DNA of 60,443 nucleotides, filler included, from Dugesia japonica (lineage: Eukaryota): the NCBI GenBank assembly GCA_001938525.1. It is 6 parts of 6 records of this genome, joined end to end, with 100 filler letters (N's around TTAATTAATTAA, not from the genome) between each part and the next. Parts side by side here need not be neighbours in the genome. Positions count along the whole stretch, not along the records: positions 17,818 to 29,160 come from MQRL01527427.1; positions 29,261 to 38,925 come from MQRL01585878.1; 4 more parts are not named here. One strand, 5' to 3'. Every line of letters starts with the position of its first letter. Position 1 is the stretch's first letter. Position numbers and translations under genes: made by a program. Below, piece by piece: positions 25,590 to 38,390 of the stretch. Under the pieces are notes generated by a model that ran no database searches, had not been told where the DNA came from, and saw only the letters and a program-made list of their open reading frames with translations.

Positions 25590-25960
25590 AACCAGAAATA
25601 TTTGTACAACAAACCCTATGTATAATATGTTCAGCCTTTTACTCTGAGTTTAAAAATACTTAATTTTTTTGATTATCATAAGCATTTCTAGAAACAAATT
25701 TTTTATCTATGGTGCAACATTGCACTTGGAAATTTTATATCTTTTGAACCAAACATATTTTTACAGCAAACCCTATACAAAATAGGTTTGGAATTTTATT
25801 TTGAATAGTACTACTTGTGAGGCGACACGATAGGTTTTGCAGAGACATTTTAAAAACTAGTCAAAGTGTTTCAGAACTCCCATACCTTTCTCTTCGAAAC
25901 TAAAATTATTTATATAGCAGATTCTATACAAAAAATGTTTAGTTTTTGATTCTAGAAGAA
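25590..25960. repeat. Degenerate ~153 bp tandem repeat (about 3 units)
   Basis: An acagcaaaccctatacaaaa-like motif recurs at about 25606, 25762 and 25914. Confidence 0.5.
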
Positions 25961-26409
25961 TCAATACTAAACTCGATATCATACAATAGAATTCGAACGA
26001 AGTATTTGTATTTTAAATTACTATACGATCTTCCCCAGCAAGAATTTGACCGTTCCAATTTGAATTCAAAAAGAATTTTCATGTATACGTAACGTTCAAT
26101 CAAAAGCATACATTTCAAAACACTAAAACGTCAAAATGTTAAAAACAGTCGGCATCGGGGGGGGCTGTTCTAGTGCACTCATATCTATCTACTATTATTA
26201 TCATGTTCTTCTATCCATTCTGCTTTCAATAAACGAACATTAACATTAATAACAACAAAAGGTTCAGCAATACTACTGTTAGATGAGTTTTGAGAACTTG
26301 GATTATCAATATTAAAATTCATCTCCATAAACTATTTGTCAAAATAAAACTATTCACATAATTTTGTTTTTTTCCAAACAAATTTAATAATTCATATTTA
26401 AAAATGGAA

Positions 26410-26700
26410 AATATTAAATTCTAAAATTTTATTGATATATAATTTTAAAACACTAAAATAAACATTTTTTATTCATTTACTTTATATTTTAATCAATTTA
26501 AAATATATTTACATTCTTAAATTTTATTCAAATGTAATTTTAAAACACTAAAATAAACATATTCCATTCATTTATTTTATATTTTATTCTATTTACAATA
26601 TAATTTGATTTTTAAACGTATTAATATCAAATTTCAAAACACTAAAATTAACATATTTCATACATTAATATATATTTTATTTTATTTACAAATTTTAAAA
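26410..26700. repeat. ~95 bp AT-rich tandem repeat (3 units)
   Basis: aattttaaaacactaaaataaacat recurs at 26441, 26536 and about 26630. Confidence 0.7.
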
Positions 26701-26800
26701 TTGCAATTATAGCGAGAATAATTGATGGTTATACAGAATTCATATAAAATAAAACCTTCAATTAAAATTTTTTGTTTTTATTTTTATTGATATTTGATAG

Positions 26801-26837
26801 CAATTCGATATTTCGACGTTGTCTTCGTCAGGAATTG
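26801..26837 (-). ncRNA. Intact minimal type I hammerhead ribozyme (solo pLTR, about 26690-26885)
   Basis: Minus strand CAAUUC-CUGACGA-A-GAC AAC GUC-GAAA-UA-UC-GAAUUG: 6-bp stem I, 3-bp stem II, full core. Predicted cleavage between 26807 and 26806. Confidence 0.85.
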
Positions 26838-26999
26838 AAAAAAGTCAATTCCTGACAAAGATAAGGTTGACAAATCGAATTGTTAAATTTTAGTAATTTA
26901 TATTATAAATTATTTTCCTAATAAAAATTTAAATATACTTTTGATTTTAATAAATTCCGTTTTAAAAAATAGAAATTAAATCTGCTTTAAAAAGAACTA

Positions 27000-27760
27000 T
27001 TTTATAACTACAATAGATGTAAATTTCATTATAACACTTCAATATTCTAGGTTTCTTATTACTTTTATATTATAGTTGTTCATCATAAAAATGTATTCGA
27101 GTACATTGAGATTCAATTAATCCTAATGATTTTGATAGTATTTTATTGAAGTTACCACGTTTTATTCTAATGATTTTAATTCAAAAAAAAATATACCAAG
27201 GTGTAATTCATTTAGCTTACTTCCCAATTCCCATCCATGTAAATTGGATTTTGAAGCTCAACAATATAATTACTACAAGTATTATTTAGACGAACTAGTG
27301 GACAACTATTACTTTGTAAAAGTGTTTAGAAATTATTTGATTTCTTCTGAACTATTATCTTTATTGACTATTTGCATGAAACAATATGAAGATTAATTGT
27401 TAATCTTTCTAAAATGTCACGTTAAATGAGTTTTAGAGTCTTAAGCAAAGTTTATTAGTTTTTCATTATCATCGCGTATATTGATTTCTTTATTGTTTAT
27501 ATTTGATTAAGAAATAAGTAAATACTGTAAATTTTCATTAATAATTATAACTACTTTATTATTCTCATATTTTTCTATCCATATTGATTTCAATAAAGTA
27601 ACATCAAAATAAACAAAAACAAAAGGTTCAGCAATACTACAATAGATGAACATTTCATTATAACACTTCAATATTCTAGGTTTCTTATTATAGTTGTTCA
27701 TTATCAAAACTTATTCGAGTAAATTGCGATTTTATTAATCCTAGTGATTATTTTTAAGAT
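27000..27760 (-). pseudogene. Polinton minor capsid (penton) fragments, partially duplicated
   Basis: SNIIVELQNPIYMDGNWEVS (L-x-x-PI-x-L-x-G-x-WEV motif) near 27215-27280 and MFIYCSIAEPFV..LLKSI near 27575-27650. A related piece lies at 26190-26345. Confidence 0.65.
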
Positions 27761-29160
27761 TTTGTGAAATTTGGGTCCATATTCATATCACTATTATTTT
27801 ATTCATCATATAAAAGACAATAATAGTATACTATTCTTAAATCATATTTCATCCAGAGTACCTGGGTCTAACCACTCGATAGGCTCTTCTGGTATAAAAT
27901 TAGACACCGCCGTGTCATCGTTATTGTCCCATTGTAAACTAGACACTTTGCCTAATTGACGAGACAAGTCGGAGATATAATGTTTAAAAATATTTGTCTT
28001 ATTTTATAGAAGCTGTTTGGTTTGCTTTGCCAGGTCACTCTGCTTTTTCACAATCACATCCATCCGTTTGATTAACTTATTGCGTTGGGCCAGATGTTTT
28101 AGTAAGGCCCTTTCACTCTGTCGTTTGACAAGTCTTTCTACCAATAATTTCTGTATCAGGTGGTGGCAACGTCGCAAGCTATTTGGGAGTCTATTTTGTG
28201 GCACTGAAAAACAAAATGATATTTAGCATGATAACTTATACAAATTATGATTATTTATAGTGAGACAAAAATGCCTTTAAACTAAAGTGAGCAGAAAGAA
28301 TAACGCAACCAAAAATTTTTAATATAATATTTTTTACAATTCAAGTCATTATCGTGACGTTTGGATACCCTTATCGACCATCAAAGGTTCGAGGGGCATG
28401 GCCGTTTTTAGTGTTAAAATATCATTGATCAGTTTATTCTCTTCGTCTTGGTAGGACCAGATTGTCCCTATGAATGACTTGACTTGCCCCTTTCCATATT
28501 TTTTCTTAGGCATGTGATGCCTCAGCCTCCTTCCTAAACGCGACGCATTTAGACTTGTATCGTTTTACTTTGGCTTCCGCTGAAGCGGTATCAGCCTCCC
28601 AACATCTTTTGGCTAGGCGATAGATGTCCCATGTCATCTCCTGGTCACTACTTTATTCGCGTACCTTCTTAGTGGGCTCTGCTGTACGATTTATTGATGA
28701 ATGCACTATAAAAATGAAGTATTAAATAAAAATCCTAGATAAAACAACAAAGTTAAATAATAGACAAATTTCTTATTATGATTTATGTGAGTCGTTAGTA
28801 ACAGCAGTTATACAGTGAAAGTTATATTAATGAACAACCAAAATTGAATAAAATGTAAGAAAAAAACGCATCGCTACACAGGAGTTTCATTAGCGGGATC
28901 AGCGTTTTTGGAATTGTTATTTTCGACCGATTCTCAAATATTCCAAAGATTGTTTTGGATGAAGGCACCCAGTTCGGAATAAGGAGGTATCTGCTCCGTG
29001 GACATACTTACAACCGAGGGGCCTACCTGCCATACTCGAACCGTCTGAGATTCTCCATTGATATCTATTTGGGTAGTGGTAACAGCTTACAGAACAGCGC
29101 AAGTGCGATCTGGTCCGTCCCAGTTATAGTAAGATGCACGCTCGTTCGCATCCCACTCCC

Positions 29161-29260
29161 NNNNNNNNNNNNNNNNNNNNNNNNNNNNNNNNNNNNNNNN
29201 NNNNTTAATTAATTAANNNNNNNNNNNNNNNNNNNNNNNNNNNNNNNNNNNNNNNNNNNN
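29161..29260. other. Artificial scaffold linker
   Basis: 44N-TTAATTAATTAA-44N. Confidence 0.97.
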
Positions 29261-30959
29261 GATTTCCAACGTAAAACATTTTAATGAATTAATAATAAAA
29301 TATTATTGCAACAAATTAAATAATTTCATTTTTTAGTTACATAAGAAAAAAAGCGTAAATAATACATTTTATTTTAAGAATTTTTTAATAATTACACGAA
29401 TTATTGCGAGAATAATTGTTAGTATTAACCATTGATCGTATTTGAGATTTCATTAAATTAAAATTTTCGATCAATTTATTTTTATCAAAACTTTTAATTT
29501 AATAAAATCTTTTAAGGTCAAAATTTTATTTAGAAATTCGAAAATTAAAATAAAATTTAATTTTATTACAATATTATTACAAAATTTTCATTTAACAATT
29601 TATAAAATTTATTTAAATTAAATTTCTAAAACATGAATAAACTTTTATAATTACATTTATTATGAGNNNNNNNNNNNNNNNNNNNNNNNNNNNNNNNNNN
29701 NNNNNNNNNNNNNNNNNNNNNNNNNNNNNNNNNNNNNNNNNNNNNNNNNNNNNNNNNNNNNNNNNNNNNNNNNNNNNNNNNNNNNNNNNNNNNNNNNNNN
29801 NNNNNNNNNNNNNNNNNNNNNNNNNNNNNNNNNNNNNNNNNNNNNNNNNNNNNNNNNNNNNNNNNNNNNNNNNNNNNNNNNNNNNNNNNNNNNNNNNNNN
29901 NNNNNNNNNNNNTACGAATATTTTCAATTAATTTGCTTTTACAATTTTACTTTACGTAATCAAAGTTATTTTTATAATTTTACAATTAAGACTTGGCGTG
30001 ATTTTGTTTTTATTATTGAAATACACGTATAATTTACGTATTTGCATACATATCTGAATAATGCACACGTTAAATCAAAAAAATTAAATATTAAAAATTT
30101 ATTTTTGAAAGATAAAAATATAATTAAAATTTTTTTTAAAATTCTAGTAATTAATTATAATAGTTAATATTTTTTAAAAGTTGGTTTTGCAAAGTTATTT
30201 TAAATTAATGAAAAAGTAAGGATGTATATACATATACGTGTGACATGCAAATAAGGTTTGTTAAAAAGGTTCCCATCAACCATCTAATTTTTGTCTTATT
30301 CGTTTGTTTGCTCCAGACTGGCTTAAGAGATCTAATTTTACTCGATATCAATGAATTTTCTTTGCTCTCTTTCTTACTATTGTCCAACGGATCTCATGTT
30401 GAATTGATGTACCCACTAAGCACTCGCCTTATTCAGCACATCGATTACTTCAGGAAGTTGCCTAATCATGTGATATCTGCATGTTTTTGTCTTTAAGCTT
30501 TAGTTTAAAACATAAAATTTTGTGCATCACGCACACACAAAGAAAAAAATCTACACCAGTAGATTTAAATATATTAATTTCATTAAAATTTTATAATTAT
30601 CATCATTAAAGTTGACAAATTTTACATACTTTTTTTTGAATTTTTTTCATTAAATCTTTTAATTTTTCTAAAAATTTTATCTGTAATAAAATGTCAATAT
30701 AAATCTGTATAATTAGTTTTGAGATTTAAAACTTTGTGCATCACGCAAAAACAAATATATATATAATAAATTCATTGATAATATTTCAAATTCGGTATTT
30801 TTTTAAAATAAATTTGAAAATTTCGGAAATAATTTTTAAAAATTATAATAGAAAAAATAATGATTTCGTTTTAAAATTCAATAATAATATCAAAATATTT
30901 TAAATCTTTTGTAATAGTTAAAAAAATACAATATATATTGTCATCATAATCTTTCATAT

Positions 30960-31400
30960 TTAGCAAAAACTGTTTAAGGTCATTAATATACACGTCTTTA
31001 TTAAAAGTGTCATCGTATTTTCTTAGATATTCAAGCCTGTTAAATATTTAAGCAAGGCTAACATCAATATTTCCATGTTCTAATGTATACTTCAGTTGTC
31101 ATGGCTGCAAATCTTCAATTTAATATGCCTTACATAGTGCATCATTAACCTTCTTCTTTACTATTTTATCATTCGATAAAGTGCAAGAATGATTATTGAG
31201 CTGCGATTGATAAAAAGCAACGTTACCGTTTTAGTCAACAATTTTCCTAATATTGTAATCACAAAGCTGTTGTGTACATTTGTAAGTAAATACATTACAT
31301 TTCTTATAAAAATCTCCTTGTCTCAATAAGCCGTTTTAAAGCCACTTCTTTTCATAATCACAGGCTATCCAATTGATTTTCATTCTCGATTTTCTTTCTC
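30960..31400 (-). pseudogene. Possible MULE-type (WRKY/GCM1-like) zinc-finger remnant
   Basis: YKCTQQLCDYNIR..LNNHSC, a C-x4-C..H-x-C pattern, with stops. Confidence 0.3.
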
Positions 31401-31789
31401 CAAACATTATCTAAATTTGTTATTAAAATTTCAAATATTTTCTAAATTTTTTAAAAAAATCTTGCTTTTAAACATTAAAACGAAAACATTTTAAATTTAG
31501 CGTAAAATTCATTAAAAATTATTAATGTAAAGTTTATTAAATTAGCGTAAATTTAATTATTTTTTCTTAAAATTATTCCAAATTTTAAAATGAACGAACC
31601 AATTTTATAACAAAATTTATTTTATTCGATTGAGTCATTAATTTAAAATTAATTATTGATACATAATTTTCAAATTATGAAATTTTTAAATTTTTTACTT
31701 TATTTTATGTAGTTAGGTAAATTATTTATTAAACTATTTTCGTTAACAACTTTGGTCAAACTATCAAAAAATTTAACNNNNNNNNNNNN

Positions 31790-32475
31790 TATTTACAGTG
31801 TTTTATACGGGTTTTAAGTACTTTATTCAATATTTCATGAAATATTAGGAATTTATAAAGGTTTTTTAAAGACATTTTATATTAGTTTTATATTATGTTA
31901 TAATTAGTTTTACATGGATTTATAATACTTCGATATAGGTTCTGTGTTTTATCCAAAATTTTAGGAAATTTTAGGAACTTATGGGTTTTTTATATAGAAT
32001 TTTTTATGGAATTTTTATGAAATTTAAGGGATTTATTGGGTTTTCGTAATTTTAAGGAGTTTATGGTGTTTTCAGCAATTTCAATGTCATAAAGTGGTTT
32101 TTCATAAATTTTTAAAGAAATTTATGGGTTTTGTAGAGGATTTATACGGATATTTTAGATCAGTTTTTTATGTTATAATGAATTTTACGTGTATTTATAA
32201 TGCTTTAACAGAGATGTTAAGGATTTTATCTAATAGTCATGAAATTTTAACAACTTATGGATTTTTCATTACTTTTAAAGGATGTGTGAGACTTCCAAAT
32301 CTTTTTAAGAATTTTTAGGGGTTTTATAGGGACTTTATAAGGATATTTAATTTGCTGTTATAATGCAATTTATCTTAGTTTTATAGTGCTTTTATACGGG
32401 ATTTAAAAACATTGTTAAATATTTCATGAAGTTTTAAGGGTTTTATATATGTTTAATGAATTTTAAGGGATTCAT
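31790..32475. repeat. Degenerate ~10 bp periodic G/T-skewed repeat
   Basis: Units such as ttttaaggga, ttttaggaaa and ttttatggga; 31797-31850 recurs at about 32384-32435. Confidence 0.6.
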
Positions 32476-32599
32476 GAACAACTAAATGAATAATAAAATG
32501 AATAGCAAAATGAACAACAATCTGAAAAAGAATTCAATGAAGAGAAAAATTAATGAAGTAATTAATATTTTCTGATTAATTTAATTTAAGTATTTTTTT

Positions 32600-35325
32600 T
32601 AGAATGAAGATATGAAAATTATGGAAATAAGAGGAAAAAAACAATTAAAACCAATGATTATAATCGCAAATTAGATTACAATGAATTATATATCATTTTC
32701 CAATTTAAGGTGAAGAACTTCAAATTGAAATCGGTTCAAATTTCAGAACATGTGAGAAATCAGGTTGAAGAAGAGATCAAGAAATTCAAACATTGTAAGG
32801 TGAAATTTAGAATCCATATATAATTTGAAATTAATGATGGTGATGAAAAAGAAAGTAAAGAACAGTTATTATCGTACATTGATATGGAATATTCAGATGA
32901 TTTTATGGATAAAATAACAGAAAAAGCAAATACCGAATTTTCAATACATTCAATGCTCAGCAGTGGATAAAAGATTAGAAGAATATTAGAGCTACGATTT
33001 ATTTGATGAAATATAAAACAGTGACTTATTTATAAATAACACATTCAGAGTACTACAGCATTACATAGATCCATGCAATACTGAATCTGAAATTCAAAGA
33101 TTTTCGAAAAACAATAACATCGAATTTTGTAATACATGCAGATATTGAAGCTGTTCTAGTACCGTAAGAAAATAGTAGTATAGTAAAACATGTACCAATA
33201 TCTGTAGAGTTTCATTGATAATAACAATAAATTACTGAATACAACAATAAAATGCAAGTATCATTCGTTTTCTAGTACAAGCTGGATGGTGTAGTTTTTA
33301 AAATGTATTGATAAGTTGTCAAAGAATGCAATGTCTCATTGGTATAAAAAAATATGTGTATGAAAATGAAATTGACAACAATAGAAAAAATGACTTTTAC
33401 GAAAAGCACACTTTGCTTCATTTTCTAGAAGCAATAAAAACAAGCTGGTTCGTAATCATGATCACTATACTAGAAAATATCTAGGAGTTGCATGCAATCA
33501 GTGCAATTTATCACGCAAAGTTAGAATGAAGTTAACGGTCGTGTTTAATAACTTTAAAGGTTATTATTTACATCACATCACCAATTATGTGCTTAACCAA
33601 TTTCCACATTTTGATCTGAATCCATTCGCACAAACAACTGAAAAGATTTGGCAATGTTTGCACATGTTGTTAATCATGTTACGATATGAATTAAAGATTC
33701 TAGTTCTAGTTTATAAATATTGACGAAAGCTCTTGAATGCTGTTCATTAATATCAACCAAATTTCTTAAAACAAGGGTATATTCCCAGATAAATTTGAAG
33801 TGCCGTATGAAATGCTCATAAATCAAACCGTGTTACCAGCACAATGACCAGAAATAACAAATGAAGAATATAAAATCGCAAAGTTAACGTGAATAGAATC
33901 TTGAATATAAAGCTAGACATATACTAGAATGTATTTCAAAGATTTCGCAAAATGCACTTGAAGAACATGGATTGGAATCGTTACAATTTGTTTCATTCAC
34001 AAGATTGAGTTTGTCAAGTTCTCTCAAGTCGATGAATAGACCAATATAATTACTTTAAGATGCTGAAGTGCATTACAATTTGAGCTCGAAATTTGCGAAG
34101 GAGTGACGCGAAGGAATAGGAATTATGTCCAGGCAGATGAAAATACATAATTGCTTTATATTGACATCAATACTTGAACCTTAAGGCAGCCTTTACCATA
34201 TAGCGATTTTGAAATTAAATCAGAAGATTAAATTGAAGAAACATATCAGAAGATGATCGCCGATAACAAGAATGAGATTGGATACCTGCTTGAAATTGAT
34301 CTTGAAATACCTAACGAACATCATGATATGTTAGATGAATTACTTTTGGTTACAGAATATCGAAATTTAAATTTACAAGATCGAAAGTTAAAAAGTTGCT
34401 GACACATGAACCAAAACGAGATTATATCGTATATTGGCAATTTTATATTGGAATTATATATAAAACTCGAGACTTGTGTGACTGCAATACATAGAATAAT
34501 TCAATTTAAACAAACATAAATATTGCCGATTATATTAATGTGAATTCTGCGAGAAATGCTGGAAAAAAGTTCAAATTTTAAAACGTTTTCTAAAAACTAT
34601 TAAATAATGCGCTATATGGCAAGAATTTAAAGAAGCGCCCGGATCTTCGGCCATGTAACAATGAAAAGAAATTTGTAACTTACACTATCAAAGTTACGTT
34701 TAAGAAAACAATGGATATTGCAGAAGGACTCAATGCTTTATTGTTAGAGAAAATACTATTTGTCTAAATAGACCGAATTATATAGACCAAGTGGTTTTAG
34801 ATTTGTGTAAATTGCGAATAAGTAGATTCGAATATGTAGAGTTGGGAAAATATCGTCAACAATTTATTGCTGGAGATACGGATAGTGTTTTTTTATCATG
34901 TACCCGAGAAGATAAAAACAAACACTTGTCTCAGATAAAATCGGGTGATATTTTGGATACAAGCAAGTATATAAAAGATCATCCTCTCTATTCCAACAAT
35001 AAAGGCAAAGATTATGCTGAATGAGTATTTTTAAAGCAAAAATTTTATAGTTTGAAGAAAGCAGATGTTAGTATGACAATAATAGGAAATAGAGTCAGTT
35101 TAAAACAAACAGATATCAATCATCAAACTTATTTAAATATGTACAAGAAAGTCGGAGACGGAGAGGAAAAACCAAACAAAGTTATGCAGACTAACTTGCA
35201 ATCACAAAATCATCAGTTTTATACAATAGATCATGTGAAACGCTTATTTTTCTTGTCTGGATGACAAGCGCTTTTGGAGCGGAAAAGTACTAGTATGGCA
35301 TATAGTCATTATAAAATAAATAATA
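32600..35325 (+). pseudogene. Polinton-type family B DNA polymerase with endonuclease-VII-like Zn motif, heavily disrupted
   Basis: Motifs in the correct order: ADIEAVL (ExoI), RNHDHYTRKYLGVACNQCNL, VFNNFKGY (ExoII), LLYIDIN (motif A), GYLLEIDL, KLLNNALYGK (motif B), AGDTDSVF (motif C), DDKR. Confidence 0.9.
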
Positions 35326-36883
35326 AATGTAAATATATGTAAATGATATGTTTTGATTAAATGATAACATGAGATTGACAAAGAAGAAGACAATGAAATC
35401 ACTTTAAATGATGAAATAAATGTTGTTGCATATTTGTTTGTTTATAGATTATATATATAAAGAAATATTTTTTATCGTTGCTTTTAGAAAAGTATAATGA
35501 CTCTTTAGATTTATTCATAATGATAATAATAAGAAATATGTATTTGTGGTGTTAAAATATTTAAAAGTAAATATTTATTAGTTACGTGTTTAAAAATAAT
35601 AAATACACATAAAATAAGATTAATGATGATAATGACAATATATATTATGCAACGTACTAATTGTGTATTGTTCTATGTAAAGCTAAATTCTATGAAAGTC
35701 ATTACGCAATTATACATATCAAACATTTGACTAGAAAATAGGAAATATCAAGTTTTGAAAAATCTGATAACTTTTCAAAAAACAATTCCACCAAAACTAT
35801 TTTCAATTGTAAAATGATCATGTATAAGCCTACGCGCAATTATCCAGTTGTGCTCAGTGATGCGGATAATAATTTCAACTGTGATAATCGTTATCGGGCA
35901 TATTATTCTAAATCATCTTATTCTGACATTGGAAATTATTATCATCAGAATAATATTTCAAACAATATGAATTATCTCAAATCAAAATCCAATGTAGATG
36001 TATCAAATCAATCAAATATTTCTCCTCTCAAATATTCAAACACGAAGTTCTTTAATCAACATTTGGAAAGTGGAAAATTTCAATGGGATTTTCTTCCGTT
36101 TCAAAAAATCAAAATGTGGATTCTCATTCATTAAGTAACATTCCAAAAAAGTCAGTTTATTGGATTTCACGATTCAATACAATTACTACACATACTATAT
36201 GTTCATATACTATGTAATAGTCCAAATTTTATTCTATCCTCATACTATTCTCATGTGTAACTATCCTCCTACTTAATATTAAATAATCTTCATCTGTGCT
36301 ATTTCTCTATAGATCGGTTTTCATAAACCATTTTCCCTCTATGGTATGTAACATTGTTAGTTAATGGTCATGATACCATTCGAATACCATTAATATATTT
36401 TCTGCAGTGAGCTCTTTCTAATTCGGTTTCCATTATTCACTTGGTGTTACTATTCACCATTTTAACTGATAATTTTTCAATAATCACTATTTACTCGGTA
36501 ATCATTCGCTTGTTGTCCTTATTGTCTTTTTAACCGTGATAATTTCATTATTTTGCTATTCATCTGTGATATAACTTAATTATTGGCTGACTTTCATTAT
36601 TCGCCTTTTTTAACCAGGATATTTTCATGATTTGACTTTCATCCGTGATATAATTCAATTACCCGCTTTCATTATTATTCGCTTTTAATTGTAATCAGTA
36701 TGTGCGTATGCTTTTATCAATCATTATTTGCGTTGAATTACTATCAATATTTTCTTCTTCTTTTATCAAATCATTAAGGAGCATGATCAGTGAAATCTCG
36801 CCTTAGTAAATTAATGACAATGGAATTGACACAAAAAGATAAGGTTAAAATTACTAAAAATAAATTCAAATTAACTTTTCACT

Positions 36884-36987
36884 ATTCATTTAAAATAAAA
36901 GCTTTGATCGAAATTTTGTTTTTTTAGGTTTTTGATAACAATTCAATATTTCGACTTTTTCTTCGTCAGGAATTGAAAAAGTCAATT
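36884..36987 (-). repeat. Solo Penelope pLTR with degenerate hammerhead (36939-36975)
   Basis: CAAUUC-CUGACGA-AGAAAAAGUC-GAAA-UAUU-GAAUUG plus the pLTR tail shared with 25040-25095. Confidence 0.75.
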
Positions 36988-37229
36988 TATTTATTCTATT
37001 TTCAAATTTCAACTCATCATTCACAATCTTGTCATTTAAATAATTATTTTCTAATGATAATACCATTAATTATTTATAATAAAACATACATACATACTTG
37101 CAAATTTTCTGTATATGTAATTAAAACCAGTTTTAATTTATAGGAATAATTGAAAACAGATCACAAATATACATATTTTAAAGGTAAATAACAAATGTAA
37201 ATTAATAAAGATAAATTGATTTGTTTAAA

Positions 37230-37710
37230 TAATCCTCGGTAGTATTGCGCCAATTTAAATATGGAGGAAAATAAAAATGATTATAAGCATTTGATGCTTT
37301 TCTTTTACCGGAAAGGTAAAAATGCCACAGGCAAAATATTCACTGTTTCCGATAAAGGTGCTTTATCTGAAAGAATTTTTCAGAAGTGGTTTGTTAGGTT
37401 TGATTTTAATCATAACAATCTTGAACTTCTGGATCGACCCAGCACCAATGATTACGATCATATCAAAAGGCTTGTCAAGAATAATCCACATCACACGTGA
37501 ATTAGCCAAAATGTTAAATATACCGAAAACCACATTCTATGAGCATTTATTGAAGGTTTGATAAATAAACAGTTTAGATATATGGATTCCGCGCGATTTA
37601 AGTGAAAAGAACTTGATATGTCGCATCAACATTTGCGACTTGCTCAAAAAACGCAAAAAAGCGACACCATTTTTAAAGCAAGTAGTAGCAGGAAATGAAA
37701 AAGAATCATA
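37230..37710 (+). mobile_element. mariner (Mos1-like) transposase 5' fragment
   Basis: HLMLFFYRKGKNAT..ALSERIFQKWFVRF (HTH), WIPRDLSEKN (WVPHEL-like) and FLKQVVAGNEK (TGDEK-like). Confidence 0.85.
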
Positions 37711-37969
37711 AATTCAGTATTAATTCGACCTCCCTTGTTTTATTCTTGTTTCAATTATATCTGTCATTTTCCAATTAAATTCGTCAAGTTTTGTTGCTCG
37801 CCCTGCTTCTTTTTAATATAACATGTTTCTTCAAACTTTTTAATTAACTTATTAAGTTATTTCATATTATTTATTTTATGTTTTTAGGTATTGCTCACCA
37901 CTAAAAACCCTTGGAATAAAAAAACTCACATACATACACGCATATATATTTACAATGAACATATAATTA

Positions 37970-38390
37970 TGTTGGGGTTTTACACTTTTTACGTTGATGA
38001 TTTATGTGACTAAATCTAGGGGGGTCGATCTTTATATCAAATCAAGTCTAGGGTCGTTGATCTGGTAAAAACCCCGCGATGAATTTAAATCTGGAGTCCC
38101 CAAAAATCCAGATCTTCGAAATGAAGCCGTTAACTCGTAGCTCGAGTACAGACTCGCATTCCTTTAGTTCGGGTTTGTTCACACGATACTCGCTTAATTT
38201 TCTAAGCAAAATTGGCTTTTACAATTGTCCGTTAATAATTTTCCGTTACCCTATAAATAATTTTAATCTTACTTGCTATTTAATAAAAACAACAGAATTT
38301 GTAAGTGAAAAATATATTATGATTTAAATTTCACTTGAAATAACATAATTTAATAGTTAACATAACTAACGTAACCTGGATCCCGATCTG
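37970..38390 (+). repeat. Possible LTR-like dispersed repeat
   Basis: Starts tgttggggttt; the ctaggg..ttgatct..aaaacccc segment is shared with 47608-47667 on another scaffold. Confidence 0.35.

Noticed and set aside
26140-26175. Helitron 3' end (GC-rich patch + CTAG)
   Set aside because: No convincing hairpin and no Rep/helicase remains.
32600-35325. Stop-codon reassignment explaining the many broken ORFs
   Set aside because: Breaks include frameshifts and all three stop types, and U1-70K reads cleanly in the standard code; this is ordinary pseudogenisation.
35814-36134. 106-aa N/S/Y-rich ORF as a host gene
   Set aside because: No recognisable domain or supporting exon structure; it cannot be supported from sequence alone.
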